Source: an uncultured Oscillospiraceae bacterium
Lineage (GTDB): Bacteria; Bacillota; Clostridia; Christensenellales; Aristaeellaceae
Direction of reading: 5' to 3'
Assembly: GCA_964540735.1 (NCBI GenBank)
Contig: CAZINY010000001.1
Location: 41,305 to 105,304, forward strand
Length of the DNA stretch: 64,000 nt
The notes under the pieces were generated by a model. It was not told the DNA's origin. It did no database searches and saw nothing but the letters and a program-made list of their open reading frames with translations. Both the position numbers and the translations under genes were made by a program. Positions 1 through 9,179 of the stretch are shown here, one piece after another; position 1 is the first letter of the stretch; every line of letters begins with the position of its first letter.

Positions 1-1760
1 TGAGCGACATCCACGGCGAATACGAAGCGTTCTGCCATATCATGAACAACTGTTCCGGCGTGATCCGGGAAAAGGTTAATATGCTTTTCGGCGGCGTGAT
101 GACCGAGCGGGAAATTTCCAGCCTGTGTACGCTGATTTATTACCCGCAGGAGAAGCTCAAGCTGCTGAAAAAGCAAAAGGCGCTGACCCGAACGTGGTAT
201 CGCCGGACCCTTCAGGACCTGATTGCGCTAAGCAAGCTGCTCTCCTCCAAATATACCCGGGAGCAGGTGCGCCGGGCGATGCCGGAGGCTTACGCCTTTC
301 TGCTGGATGAGCTGCTGCACGCCCAGGCGGACGAGGACGACAACCAGGTAGCCTACCATAACCGTTTGCTGGAATCCTTGATGGACCTTGGGGAGTGCGA
401 CCGGTTTATTATCGAGGTATCCGCGTTGATCAAACACCTGGCGGTGGCGCGGCTGCATGTGGTGGGAGATATTTTCGACCGTGGCGCCCGCGCCGACAGT
501 GTGCTGGAACTGTTGGAAAAGCATCATGCCGTGGATATTACCTGGGGCAACCATGATATTCTGTGGATGGGGGCGGCTTCCGGGTCGCCGGTATGTTGCT
601 GCGCGGTGGCGCGCAATTGCCTAAGCTACCGAAACATGGACATACTGGAGCGGGGATACGGCATTCCCTTGCGTCCGCTGACGGTTTTTGCAGAACAGCG
701 CTATCCCGGGCTTTCCCCCGAGGAGGCGGCGCTGCATGCCGTTACCCTGATGATGTTCAAGCTGGAGGGCCAGCTGGTGGCCAGAAATCCGGACTTTGGC
801 ATGGAGGAGCGCAGGCTGCTGCATCGCGTGGACTGGCAGAAAGGGAGCTTTTCCGATGACGAGGGCGAGTGGCCGTTGCGCACCCTGCCGCCCGTGCATT
901 TGGATCAAGAGGACCCCTACCGGCTTTCCCAGGAAGAGGAAACGGTGGTTGGCGGTCTGGTGGAGGCGTTCCGGCAATCCATACGGCTGCGCCGGCAGGT
1001 AAATTTCCTCTATGAGCGGGGGCGGCTTTACCGGAAATATAACCATAATCTGCTGTTCCACGGCTGCGTTCCCATGACGGAAGACGGGGCGTTTCGCGCC
1101 GTGGAGGTAGAGGGACGCAAATGTTCCGGGCGCGCGCTGATGGACGCGCTGGACGCCATCGCCCGCCGGGCTTATTTTGAAGGGGATCAGAAGGCCCTGG
1201 ACTTTATGTGGTATCTCTGGTGCGCGGATTATTCTCCGCTGTGCGGCCGGAAAATCAAGACCTTCCAGCGCTATTTTACCGAAGCGGAGGAAGCGTGGCG
1301 GGAACCGCGGGACTTGTATTATACCTTTGTCAACGAATCGGCGGCCTGCGTCCGGCTGTTGGAGGAGTTTGGCTTACGGGATGAACAGGCGCGCATTATC
1401 AACGGCCATACGCCTATCCGCGTTACCCATGGGGAAAGCCCCATTAAGGCGGGAGGGAAGTGCATTGTCATTGACGGCGGCTTCTGCCGGGCGTATCAGA
1501 AAACCACGGGTATTGCGGGATATACCCTGATTTCCAATTCCCACGGCATGCGCATTGTGTCCCATCAGCCCTTTACCAGCCTGGAGGATGCCCTGGGCGA
1601 GGACCGGGATATTCATTCCCAGCCCTATGTGTTTGCAACCTGGGAAAAGCGGAAGATGGTTGCCGATACGGATCACGGGCAGAAAATGCAGGAACGCATC
1701 GCCGACCTTCACGATCTGTTGGAGGCTGTTCGCCAAGGCCAGGTGAACCTGAACCGCTGA
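1..1760 (+). CDS. fbp: Fructose-1,6-bisphosphatase class 3 (5' end cut by window edge)
   Basis: The frame is open from nt 3, and SDIHGEYEAF precedes the first ATG at 42. HVVGDIFDRG and WGNHD metallophosphatase motifs are present. Size is typical of Firmicutes class III FBPase. Confidence 0.9.
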   Translation, partial: SDIHGEYEAFCHIMNNCSGVIREKVNMLFGGVMTEREISSLCTLIYYPQEKLKLLKKQKALTRTWYRRTLQDLIALSKLLSSKYTREQVRRAMPEAYAFLLDELLHAQADEDDNQVAYHNRLLESLMDLGECDRFIIEVSALIKHLAVARLHVVGDIFDRGARADSVLELLEKHHAVDITWGNHDILWMGAASGSPVCCCAVARNCLSYRNMDILERGYGIPLRPLTVFAEQRYPGLSPEEAALHAVTLMMFKLEGQLVARNPDFGMEERRLLHRVDWQKGSFSDDEGEWPLRTLPPVHLDQEDPYRLSQEEETVVGGLVEAFRQSIRLRRQVNFLYERGRLYRKYNHNLLFHGCVPMTEDGAFRAVEVEGRKCSGRALMDALDAIARRAYFEGDQKALDFMWYLWCADYSPLCGRKIKTFQRYFTEAEEAWREPRDLYYTFVNESAACVRLLEEFGLRDEQARIINGHTPIRVTHGESPIKAGGKCIVIDGGFCRAYQKTTGIAGYTLISNSHGMRIVSHQPFTSLEDALGEDRDIHSQPYVFATWEKRKMVADTDHGQKMQERIADLHDLLEAVRQGQVNLNR

Positions 1761-1829
1761 CGCACCTCCGGCACGGCCGCGCATAGTATGGTACCGGGGC
1801 GCGCCACAGCGCCCCAAAGGAGGAGTACC

Positions 1830-1985
1830 ATGCGCGGCTTGGGCATTGCGCTGATTGTGATCGGCCTGTTGGGTTCCGTGCTGATTTTTCTATATCCTGG
1901 TCTGGGATGGTCGGGATTGGTTGGTGCTTTAGCAGCCGTTCTCGCGGGAATCGGCTTCCTGGCATCTAAGGAGCTTAACGCATAA
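1830..1985 (+). CDS. Small hydrophobic membrane protein (51 aa), hypothetical
   Basis: AAAGGAGGA RBS lies about 7 nt upstream of the ATG at 1830. Two hydrophobic stretches (GIALIVIGLLGSVLIF, GLVGALAAVLAGIGFL). A hairpin terminator follows. Confidence 0.5.
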   Translation: MRGLGIALIVIGLLGSVLIFLYPGLGWSGLVGALAAVLAGIGFLASKELNA

Positions 1986-1990
1986 AAACG

Positions 1991-2034
1991 CGGCCTTCGC
2001 GTCCGGGCTGAACCGGACCGCGAAGGCCGTTTTG
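1991..2034. terminator. Bidirectional intrinsic terminator between the small ORF and ftsH
   Basis: CGGCCTTCGCGTCCGG / CCGGACCGCGAAGGCCG stem with one bulge. A-run upstream and T-run downstream. Confidence 0.8.
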
Positions 2035-2199
2035 ATTGGCGGAGCATTTCGGGAATGCGGGAAGGGACGCAGGGCCTTCCTGGTCTATTCATATCTGCTC
2101 CCAACATTTCGGACGACTCCTGTTTGCCTGGAGCTATTTCCTCGGAGAAGTGTCTTTGTCACTTTTTCGGTACGCTGGGGCAGTGAAGGCGGCTTTTCT

Positions 2200-4035
2200 T
2201 TATGCGGAGGGCTGGTTCAAAATCTTCATGAACTCATCGCCGGTAATGGTTTCCTTCTCCAGCAAATGGCCGGCAAGCTCGTGCAGCTTGCTTTCATTGG
2301 CTTTGAGAATATCCATGGCTTTTTGGTGCGCGGCCCGAATGGTTTCTACCACCTCGTTGTCGATGCGCGCGGCGGTATCTCCGGAGCAAACCAGGGTGCT
2401 GTCGCCGGAAAGGTACTGGTTGGTGGCGATTTCCAGGGCGGTCATATCGAAATTCTCGCTCATGCCATAGCGGGTAACCATGGTGCGGGCAATCTTGGTG
2501 GCCTGTTCAATGTCGTTGCTTGCGCCTGTGGTTACCTTGCCGAAAATCAGTTCTTCGGCGGCTCGGCCGGCCGTAAGGGTTGCGATTTTGTTCAGAAGCT
2601 CCTCCTTGGACATCAGGAAGTGCTCGTCCTCATCCACCTGCATGGTATAGCCCAGAGCGCCGGAGGTCCGGGGAATGATGGTGATTTTGCGTACGGGGGC
2701 GGAAGCTTTCTGCCGGGCAGCTACCAGCGCGTGGCCGATTTCATGGTAGGAAACGATTTTCTTTTCTTCGGGGCTGATGACCGCGCCCTTGCGCTGATAA
2801 CCGGCCAGCACGGTTTCAATGGCTTCTTCCAAATCCCGCTGTTCCACCTGCTGCCGGTTGTCCTTAACGGCCAGCAGCGCCGCTTCGTTGACGATGTTGG
2901 CCAGTTCGGCGCCGGAGGTGCCGCTGGTGGAAAGGGCGATGCTGCGCCAATCCACCTGGGGAGAGATCTTTACGTTCCGGGCGTGCACCTTCAGGATGGC
3001 TTCGCGACCTTGCAGGTCAGGCAGCTCCACAGGCACGCGGCGGTCGAAGCGGCCCGGGCGCAGCAGGGCTTTGTCCAGACTTTCAGGCCGGTTGGTGGCT
3101 GCCAGAATCACCACGCCCTTACCGCCGTCAAAGCCGTCCATTTCTGTGAGCAGCTGGTTCAGGGTCTGCTCCCGCTCGTCGTTGCCGCCCATGGCGCCGT
3201 TGTCGCGCTTTTTGCCGATGGCGTCGATCTCGTCGATAAACACAATGCAGGGCGCTTTTTCCTGGGCTTGCTTGAACAGATCGCGAACCCGCGCCGCGCC
3301 CATGCCTACGAACATTTCTACGAATTCGGAGCCCGAAATGGAGAAGAAAGGAACCTTGGCTTCACCGGCCACGGCCTTGGCCAGCAGCGTTTTGCCGGTG
3401 CCTGGAGGGCCTACCAGCAGAACGCCCTTGGGCAGTTTCGCGCCCACGGCGGTGTATTTGGCAGGATTATGCAAAAAGTCCACGATCTCTGCCAGAGCGG
3501 CCTTGGCTTCGTCCTCCCCGGCCACGTCGGAGAAGGAAATGCCTGTTTGGGCAGCGACATAAATCTTGGCGTTGCTTTTGCCAAAGGACATCGCGCCAGG
3601 TCCGCCGCCCATGCGTTTGGTGAGCTGGCGCATGAGTAGCTGGCCTACGGCAATGAACAGCACCATGGGCAGAATCCACCCGACCAGGAATTCCAACAGG
3701 GGAGAATTCTGCTGAGGGATGACCTTTCCAAAATCAACATCGGCATCCCGCATACGCTGTACCAGATCAGGATCGTCAATTTTTCCGGTGGTGTAGATGC
3801 CGCGTACGCCGTCCACCGTGGCCACAAAAGTAATGGCGTCGTCCTCGATTTGCGCTTCTGTAATGACATGCGCGTCCAGCATATCCAGGAAGTCGCTGTA
3901 ATTTACCTCACGAATGGAAGCCTTATAGATGGAAGGCATCAGCAAGGCGTTGATGAGAAAAACAGCAAATAGGGCGAGAATATAGTAAAAAATGAGCGGT
4001 TTTTTCGGGGGCTTTACTTCGTTGTTGGGATTCAT
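2200..4035 (-). CDS. ftsH: ATP-dependent zinc metalloprotease FtsH (copy 1)
   Basis: GPPGTGKT Walker A, AAA+ SRH region and HEIGHAL zinc motif. GGAGG RBS precedes the ATG at 4035 (MNPNNEVK). Confidence 0.95.
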   Translation of the reverse strand: MNPNNEVKPPKKPLIFYYILALFAVFLINALLMPSIYKASIREVNYSDFLDMLDAHVITEAQIEDDAITFVATVDGVRGIYTTGKIDDPDLVQRMRDADVDFGKVIPQQNSPLLEFLVGWILPMVLFIAVGQLLMRQLTKRMGGGPGAMSFGKSNAKIYVAAQTGISFSDVAGEDEAKAALAEIVDFLHNPAKYTAVGAKLPKGVLLVGPPGTGKTLLAKAVAGEAKVPFFSISGSEFVEMFVGMGAARVRDLFKQAQEKAPCIVFIDEIDAIGKKRDNGAMGGNDEREQTLNQLLTEMDGFDGGKGVVILAATNRPESLDKALLRPGRFDRRVPVELPDLQGREAILKVHARNVKISPQVDWRSIALSTSGTSGAELANIVNEAALLAVKDNRQQVEQRDLEEAIETVLAGYQRKGAVISPEEKKIVSYHEIGHALVAARQKASAPVRKITIIPRTSGALGYTMQVDEDEHFLMSKEELLNKIATLTAGRAAEELIFGKVTTGASNDIEQATKIARTMVTRYGMSENFDMTALEIATNQYLSGDSTLVCSGDTAARIDNEVVETIRAAHQKAMDILKANESKLHELAGHLLEKETITGDEFMKILNQPSA

Positions 4036-4180
4036 GGACGGACTCCTCCTTCCGGCATGGTGAAGAAAATGTAGCAAATAACGGCGATTGACACATTTTC
4101 ATGAACACATTATAATAGTAAAAGAGAAGAATTGTAACGACACTTCTTGAAATGTGTCGCAAAGAAAAGGGGAAAAGTGC

Positions 4181-5716
4181 ATGGAATGGTCTGAGAAAGT
4201 CACGGCGGCGCTGGAAGGACTGCTCTCCTTTGCGCAGGCAAAGGCATTGATGGACCCGTTGGACCGGGCGTTCTGCCGCAATTTGCTGCTGGACGCCATG
4301 GGTATGGACGCGCCTGCGGAGATGCAGGTGGAAGAGAAAGAGATTCCGGCAACGGCTACCGCGTTGCTTCGCTGCCTGTGCGACGCTGCGGTGGAGAAGG
4401 GCATCATTGAGGATATGCAAACCACCCGGGACCTTTTTTCCGCGCGCCTGATGGGCTGCGTTACCCCTGCCCCTGCGCAAGTGCGGGAACAGTTTGCCCG
4501 GCATATGGCGGCAGGCGATCCCCAGGCTGCGACAGAGGATTTTTACCAGATGTGCCGCGACTGCGATTACATCAAGGTGGACTCCATTGCCCAGAATATC
4601 CGCTACTTTGCGGCAAGCCCCTGCGGCGAGCTGGAGATTACCATTAACCTCAGCAAGCCGGAAAAGGACCCCAAGGAAATCGCAAAACTGAAAAACGCTC
4701 CCAGCGTGGGCTATCCCAAATGTATGCTTTGCGTGGAGAACCCCGGCTATGCAGGACGAAACAATTTTCCCGCGCGCCAGAATCACCGCATTGTTCCGGT
4801 AACGCTGGCGGGGGATCCCTGGTACTTCCAGTATTCGCCCTATCTGTACTATCCGGAGCATTGCATTATTTTCAACAGCAAGCACGTGCCCATGAAAATT
4901 TCCCGGGGGACCTTTGAACGCCTGTTCAGCTTTGTGGAGCAGTTCCCGCATTACTTCCTTGGCTCCAATGCCGATCTGCCCATCGTGGGCGGTTCCATCC
5001 TGAATCACGATCATTTCCAGGGCGGGCACTACACCTTCCCCATGGACAAAGCGCCCATTCGTTGCGCGCTGAAGTGTCCCGACCCGCAGGTAGAAGCAGG
5101 TATTCTGGATTGGCCCATGTCCGCGCTGGCCTTGACCGGTGAGGAACCGGCCCGCATGATTGAACTGGCGAACAAACTCCTGGAAGCCTGGCGGAAGTAC
5201 AGCGATCCTGCCTGCCAGGTGTACGCCGAAACCGAGGGGCAGCCCCATAACACCGTGACGCCTATTTTGCGCAAGGTGGACGGTAAATATCGTTTGCTCC
5301 TGGTGCTGCGCAACAATCGCACCAGCGCCGAGCATCCCCTGGGCATCTTCCATCCCCATGCGCCGCTGCACCATATCAAGAAGGAAAACATCGGCCTGAT
5401 TGAGGTGATGGGCCTGTTTATTCTGCCGGGGCGGCTCAAGACGGAGCTGAAACTGCTGGAGGCTTATTTGACCGGGGAGAAGCCCATGGTGCGCCCGGCG
5501 GAGAACGATCCCAGCGATAAGCATTGGGCGTGGCTGGAGGAGATTGTGGCCCGGCGCGGCCTGTGCGCGGAGGAGAGCCAGGCGGAACAGGTGCTCCGAG
5601 AGGAAGTTGCCGCCGTATGCGCCCAGGTACTGGCTGATGCCGGCGTATACAAGCAGGACGAGGCCGGTTTGGCCGGTATGAAACGTTTCCTGGCGACGCT
5701 GGGATACGAGGCTTGA
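4181..5716 (+). CDS. galT: UDP-glucose--hexose-1-phosphate uridylyltransferase (type 2 GalT)
   Basis: About 510 aa, the Firmicutes-type GalT size. Contains GGSILNHDHFQGG. RBS AAAGGGGA precedes the ATG at 4181. Confidence 0.85.
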   Translation: MEWSEKVTAALEGLLSFAQAKALMDPLDRAFCRNLLLDAMGMDAPAEMQVEEKEIPATATALLRCLCDAAVEKGIIEDMQTTRDLFSARLMGCVTPAPAQVREQFARHMAAGDPQAATEDFYQMCRDCDYIKVDSIAQNIRYFAASPCGELEITINLSKPEKDPKEIAKLKNAPSVGYPKCMLCVENPGYAGRNNFPARQNHRIVPVTLAGDPWYFQYSPYLYYPEHCIIFNSKHVPMKISRGTFERLFSFVEQFPHYFLGSNADLPIVGGSILNHDHFQGGHYTFPMDKAPIRCALKCPDPQVEAGILDWPMSALALTGEEPARMIELANKLLEAWRKYSDPACQVYAETEGQPHNTVTPILRKVDGKYRLLLVLRNNRTSAEHPLGIFHPHAPLHHIKKENIGLIEVMGLFILPGRLKTELKLLEAYLTGEKPMVRPAENDPSDKHWAWLEEIVARRGLCAEESQAEQVLREEVAAVCAQVLADAGVYKQDEAGLAGMKRFLATLGYEA

Positions 5717-5742
5717 TACAGAACAAATGTGATGCATGACAG

Positions 5743-5777
5743 AGGGCGGGGCGCTTTGAGAAAAAGCGCCCCGCCCT
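5743..5777. terminator. GC-rich hairpin downstream of galT (no clear U-tract)
   Basis: AGGGCGGGGCGC ... GCGCCCCGCCCT is a perfect 12-bp stem. It abuts repeat copy A. Confidence 0.55.
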
Positions 5778-5995
5778 CAGATCGTTGACAAAGGTTTTTG
5801 CTTCATTTTTTGCAAATTGTTCCTTGCTTTCTTGCGAGCATGGAAGGTTTCGCGCCTGCGGGCGCGACCAGGGGGCTTTCCGGTCGCCCCCTGGCCCCCT
5901 TCGGCCCCATGCTTGTTGAACTTTTTGCAGGTTAGGAAGGCTGAAATTTCATTTCCTTATGCCTACCTGAAAAATGCTTTTTCCAACGGTCTGAG
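5776..5995 (-). repeat. MITE-like structured intergenic repeat, copy A (reverse orientation relative to B-E)
   Basis: The 148-nt core (5784-5931) aligns with 15648-15794, 33189-33336, 33429-33575 and 45529-45677. The ends are an imperfect inverted repeat: CTCAGATCGTTGACAAAGG versus the reverse complement of CTTTTTCCAACGGTCTGAG. Confidence 0.8.
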
Positions 5996-6037
5996 GGGCT
6001 GTTGCACAGTAGCTAACCCTAAAAAAAGTGCAAAAAG

Positions 6038-6083
6038 ACCGGCCGCAGAAGAAGCCAAAACACTTCTTTTGCGGCCGGTTTTG
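6038..6083. terminator. Strong bidirectional intrinsic terminator
   Basis: 17-bp stem ACCGGCCGCAGAAGAAG / CTTCTTTTGCGGCCGGT with one G:U pair, flanked by an A-run and a T-run. Confidence 0.85.
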
Positions 6084-6340
6084 ATTGCTAGCTGCTGCTT
6101 TTTGTGCAGGTTGCTATTGCGTTTCCATTTGGCAACAGCCCCTTGGCCTTCCATAAAGGTTGTGTACACGAAAACAGGCAACGCTATTCTTGTAGTTTGG
6201 AAGCATACCGTGTACGGAATGGATGCAACGTTCGTCCGGTTGCTTCTTCAAGGAAGCCGTATGACAGGCATACCTGAAACGCTTGTACCGCAAGCGGAAA
6301 AGCGTCAGGATGCTTGTTTCCCTGGAGGATGCTGCCGGCC

Positions 6341-7678
6341 TTATTGGACCCTTTGGGTGACCACTGACTCCGCCAGCGCCTTTTGTATGGTGCTCAGCGC
6401 GCGGCTCATAACCTCCTGCTGATCGCTGGACATGGCGTCCGGCGGGGTAGAATCGCTGGCCAGGACGCGGTACTGGTATTGACTTCCCTGCTTGTAGCGC
6501 CAGGTATAGGTGGGGGTATATGCCAGCTTCTCGAAGGTCAGGTTTCCGTCCCAGCTACAGGAAAGTTGGAGCTGCAGCAGCACGCCGCTGACATAAACGG
6601 TCTTTTCGCGATCCTCCGTAAGCAGCGTGCCCAGGTTATAGGCGCAGAGAACCTGCTTGGAAGCGCCTGCGGCATCCTTACCGTCCAGCCATATCACCGG
6701 TTGAACCGCTTTGGTGCCCGTGCCGACAATGATATCTGCATCGCTGTCGGCAATGGCCTGCGTCAGCTCCGTCTGTGCCTTGGTAGGAGCGGTTTTGCCT
6801 ACGGAACCCCAGCGCAGGGAGACGATTACCAGCTGCGCTCCCGCGGAGCGCGCGCCGGCAATATCCGCGGCGATGGTTTCCGCTTCCGCGACCGGCAAGG
6901 CATAGGCGGCGTCCTCGTTTTTGAGCTTTTTGGCGCCGGTGCTGGAAACATCGTCCACGTAATGCAGCACGGCCACCTGAATGCCGTTGATATCAAGCAG
7001 GGTGGGGGAGGCGGCTTCTTCGGCGGAGGCGTAAGCGCCTACGGGCGTCAAACCGCGGCCGCGCAGGGCTGTAAGCGTGGCGGATAGGCCTTCCATTCCC
7101 TGATCATATGCTTTAGGGAATCCTATGGGTACAACATCCACGCCGGCAACCGTGAGCAGACTGATTGCCTCCTCCGGAGCGATCAAGGAAGAAACCTTGG
7201 CGTCTGGAATAATCAGATTTTCCAAGGGGACGATGCAAAGGTCGGACTGCATTTCAGGCGCCAGCAAGGACATGATTTCCTCAAAGTCGTATGCGTCCGC
7301 ATCGCTGAAGTAGGCGGATTTGCGCACGGCGGTGTCCACGTAAATATTGCCGCCCAGGGTCAGCGTAAGGCTGGCGGGGGCCGGGGTAGGAGTAGCCAGC
7401 AGCTGCTGCACTTCCGGTTGCAAGGTGGGAATTTCCGTGGCTGGCGCCTGAGTGGGTTCGCGGGTGGTTACCGTAATGGGAATATCCCGCAGGGACAACT
7501 CCGGCATGGAACCATCCAGGGTCAGGTTGCTGAATACTTGGGTGGCGTCCACATGCAGCTCCGTGTTCCCCTGCAGCCGGGGCAGAATCGTGAAACAACC
7601 GGCGCATACCACACAGGTCAGCAGGAGCATGACCAGCGTGCCGAAGGATATTCCGCGGCGCTTACGCCGTTTCGACAT
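6341..7678 (-). CDS. CapA/PGA_cap-family membrane-anchored protein with degenerate metal-binding motifs
   Basis: N-terminal TM anchor, then a domain collinear with CapA. AAGGAGGA RBS precedes the ATG at 7678. Canonical HWG and GHHPH read RWG and GTGTK. Confidence 0.75.
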   Translation of the reverse strand: MSKRRKRRGISFGTLVMLLLTCVVCAGCFTILPRLQGNTELHVDATQVFSNLTLDGSMPELSLRDIPITVTTREPTQAPATEIPTLQPEVQQLLATPTPAPASLTLTLGGNIYVDTAVRKSAYFSDADAYDFEEIMSLLAPEMQSDLCIVPLENLIIPDAKVSSLIAPEEAISLLTVAGVDVVPIGFPKAYDQGMEGLSATLTALRGRGLTPVGAYASAEEAASPTLLDINGIQVAVLHYVDDVSSTGAKKLKNEDAAYALPVAEAETIAADIAGARSAGAQLVIVSLRWGSVGKTAPTKAQTELTQAIADSDADIIVGTGTKAVQPVIWLDGKDAAGASKQVLCAYNLGTLLTEDREKTVYVSGVLLQLQLSCSWDGNLTFEKLAYTPTYTWRYKQGSQYQYRVLASDSTPPDAMSSDQQEVMSRALSTIQKALAESVVTQRVQ

Positions 7679-7718
7679 ACAGCCATTCCTCCTTTCCATG
7701 GCGGCGATAAAGTCGGGA

Positions 7719-7746
7719 AAGGCCGCATCCGCCGGGATGCGGCCTT
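7719..7746. terminator. Hairpin between the small ORF and the capA-like gene
   Basis: AAGGCCGCATCC GCCG GGATGCGGCCTT is a perfect 12-bp stem. The U-tract is weak. Confidence 0.55.
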
Positions 7747-7750
7747 ACGG

Positions 7751-7873
7751 TCAGAAAATCTGGTTCAGCGCCGCGGCCAATACCACGGAGAAAACCATGA
7801 GTCCAGCCAGCGTAAGGCTGACAATGCGGGTAAGCAGCTTACGGCGGTCCGCCGCGTTTTTTTTCTGAGTCAT
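7751..7873 (-). CDS. Small membrane protein (40 aa), hypothetical; absent from the supplied ORF track
   Basis: GGAGGT RBS lies 6 nt before the ATG. Sequence MTQKKNAADRRKLLTRIVSLTLAGLMVFSVVLAAALNQIF has a basic N-terminus and one TM segment. It sits directly downstream of corC and before the hairpin. Confidence 0.4.
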   Translation of the reverse strand: MTQKKNAADRRKLLTRIVSLTLAGLMVFSVVLAAALNQIF

Positions 7874-7913
7874 GCCGTTACCTCCTTGAAAATGTTTCAG
7901 GAATACGTCCGTT

Positions 7914-9179
7914 TTACAGGGCGGGAGCGGGAGCTTCGGCGGCTTCCTCGTTTTTCCAGATGCGCAGCTGGGTGACGCGGCGCTTGTCCATAGCCGTTAC
8001 CTGGCAGTGCAGGCAGGCGGCGTCAAAGGATTCGCCGGTCTTGGGAATGTAGCCCAGCACTTCCGTGGCCCAGCCGCCGGCGGTGTCGGCCTCATAGATA
8101 TCCTCTACTCCCAGACGCTCCAACAGCTCCGCCAGGTGCATGCCGCCGTCCACAAGCCAGGAGCCGTCTTCCAGCAGGCGCAGTTCTTCTTCCACGTCGT
8201 CGTGCTCGTCATAGATGTCGCCCACCAGCTCTTCCAGCACATCCTCCAAAGTAACCAGACCCTCGGTCCCGCCAAACTCGTCCAGCAGGATGACCATATG
8301 GGTTTTGCTGCCCTGGAAGAGCTTGAGCAATTTGGAGATTTTCAATGTGGAAGGGGCATACACCACGGGTTTCATCATGGCGCAGATGTCCTGTACCCCT
8401 TCATGTTGACGAATGTAGAAGTCTTTTTCATGCAAGATACCCACCACATGATCCATATCCTCATGGAAAATCGGCAGGCGGGAGTATCCGCTTTCACGGA
8501 AGACTGCGGCAGCCTGTTCCATGGTGGCGGTATCCTCCAGCGCGGTGATATCCACCCGGGGGGTAAGAATATCGTAAGCGTCCATGTCATTGAACTCAAT
8601 GGCGGAACGGATCAGCTCGCCTTCATGGGCGTCCATGTCGCCTTCGCTCTGCGCTTCGTCCACCATGGTCATCAATTCCGCTTCAATGTGGCTTTCCACG
8701 CTGCGGGGTTTGAATATCTTGGACAGAAGCTGACGCCAGAAAACAAATAGGGCGTTCAAAGGCTTGAAAACCGTCATCAGTCCGCGCAGGGGAGGCGCGG
8801 AGGCAATGGCCATGGCTTCGGGGGATTCCTTGGCCAGGCTCTTGGGCGAAACTTCGCCGAAAATCAGCACCACCAGGGTCAGCACCACCGTGGAGACCGT
8901 CGCTCCGTAGCTTCCAAGAAAGTGCGTAAAAATAACTGTGCCGATGGAGGCGGCGGCGATGTTCACAATATTGTTGCCAATCAAAATAGTGGTCAGCAGG
9001 CGGTCGTAGTCATCGGAGAGACGCAGGGCCAGCTTGGCACGGGTATTGCCCTCGGCGGCCATGGACTTTAAGCGCAAACGGTTGGAAGAGGAGTATGCGG
9101 TTTCGGAGGCAGAGAAAAAAGCGGACAGCGCGATACACACAATCAGCGCGCCAAACAAGAACCATAGTTCCGGCGTCAT
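7914..9179 (-). CDS. HlyC/CorC (CNNM) family transporter: DUF21 + CBS pair + CorC_HlyC
   Basis: SAFFSASETAYSS DUF21 signature, a CBS region and a C-terminal CorC domain. 421 aa. Confidence 0.9.
   Translation of the reverse strand: MTPELWFLFGALIVCIALSAFFSASETAYSSSNRLRLKSMAAEGNTRAKLALRLSDDYDRLLTTILIGNNIVNIAAASIGTVIFTHFLGSYGATVSTVVLTLVVLIFGEVSPKSLAKESPEAMAIASAPPLRGLMTVFKPLNALFVFWRQLLSKIFKPRSVESHIEAELMTMVDEAQSEGDMDAHEGELIRSAIEFNDMDAYDILTPRVDITALEDTATMEQAAAVFRESGYSRLPIFHEDMDHVVGILHEKDFYIRQHEGVQDICAMMKPVVYAPSTLKISKLLKLFQGSKTHMVILLDEFGGTEGLVTLEDVLEELVGDIYDEHDDVEEELRLLEDGSWLVDGGMHLAELLERLGVEDIYEADTAGGWATEVLGYIPKTGESFDAACLHCQVTAMDKRRVTQLRIWKNEEAAEAPAPAL

Noticed and set aside
2032-5737. Long antisense ORFs 2032..3639 (+, 535 aa) and 3923..5737 (-, 604 aa)
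   Set aside because: They mirror ftsH and galT, which carry unambiguous motifs. The same artefact explains 11551..13404, 15885..17147, 29528..31354, 31263..33146, 34762..36468, 40774..42120, 56710..57729 and 59875..61122.
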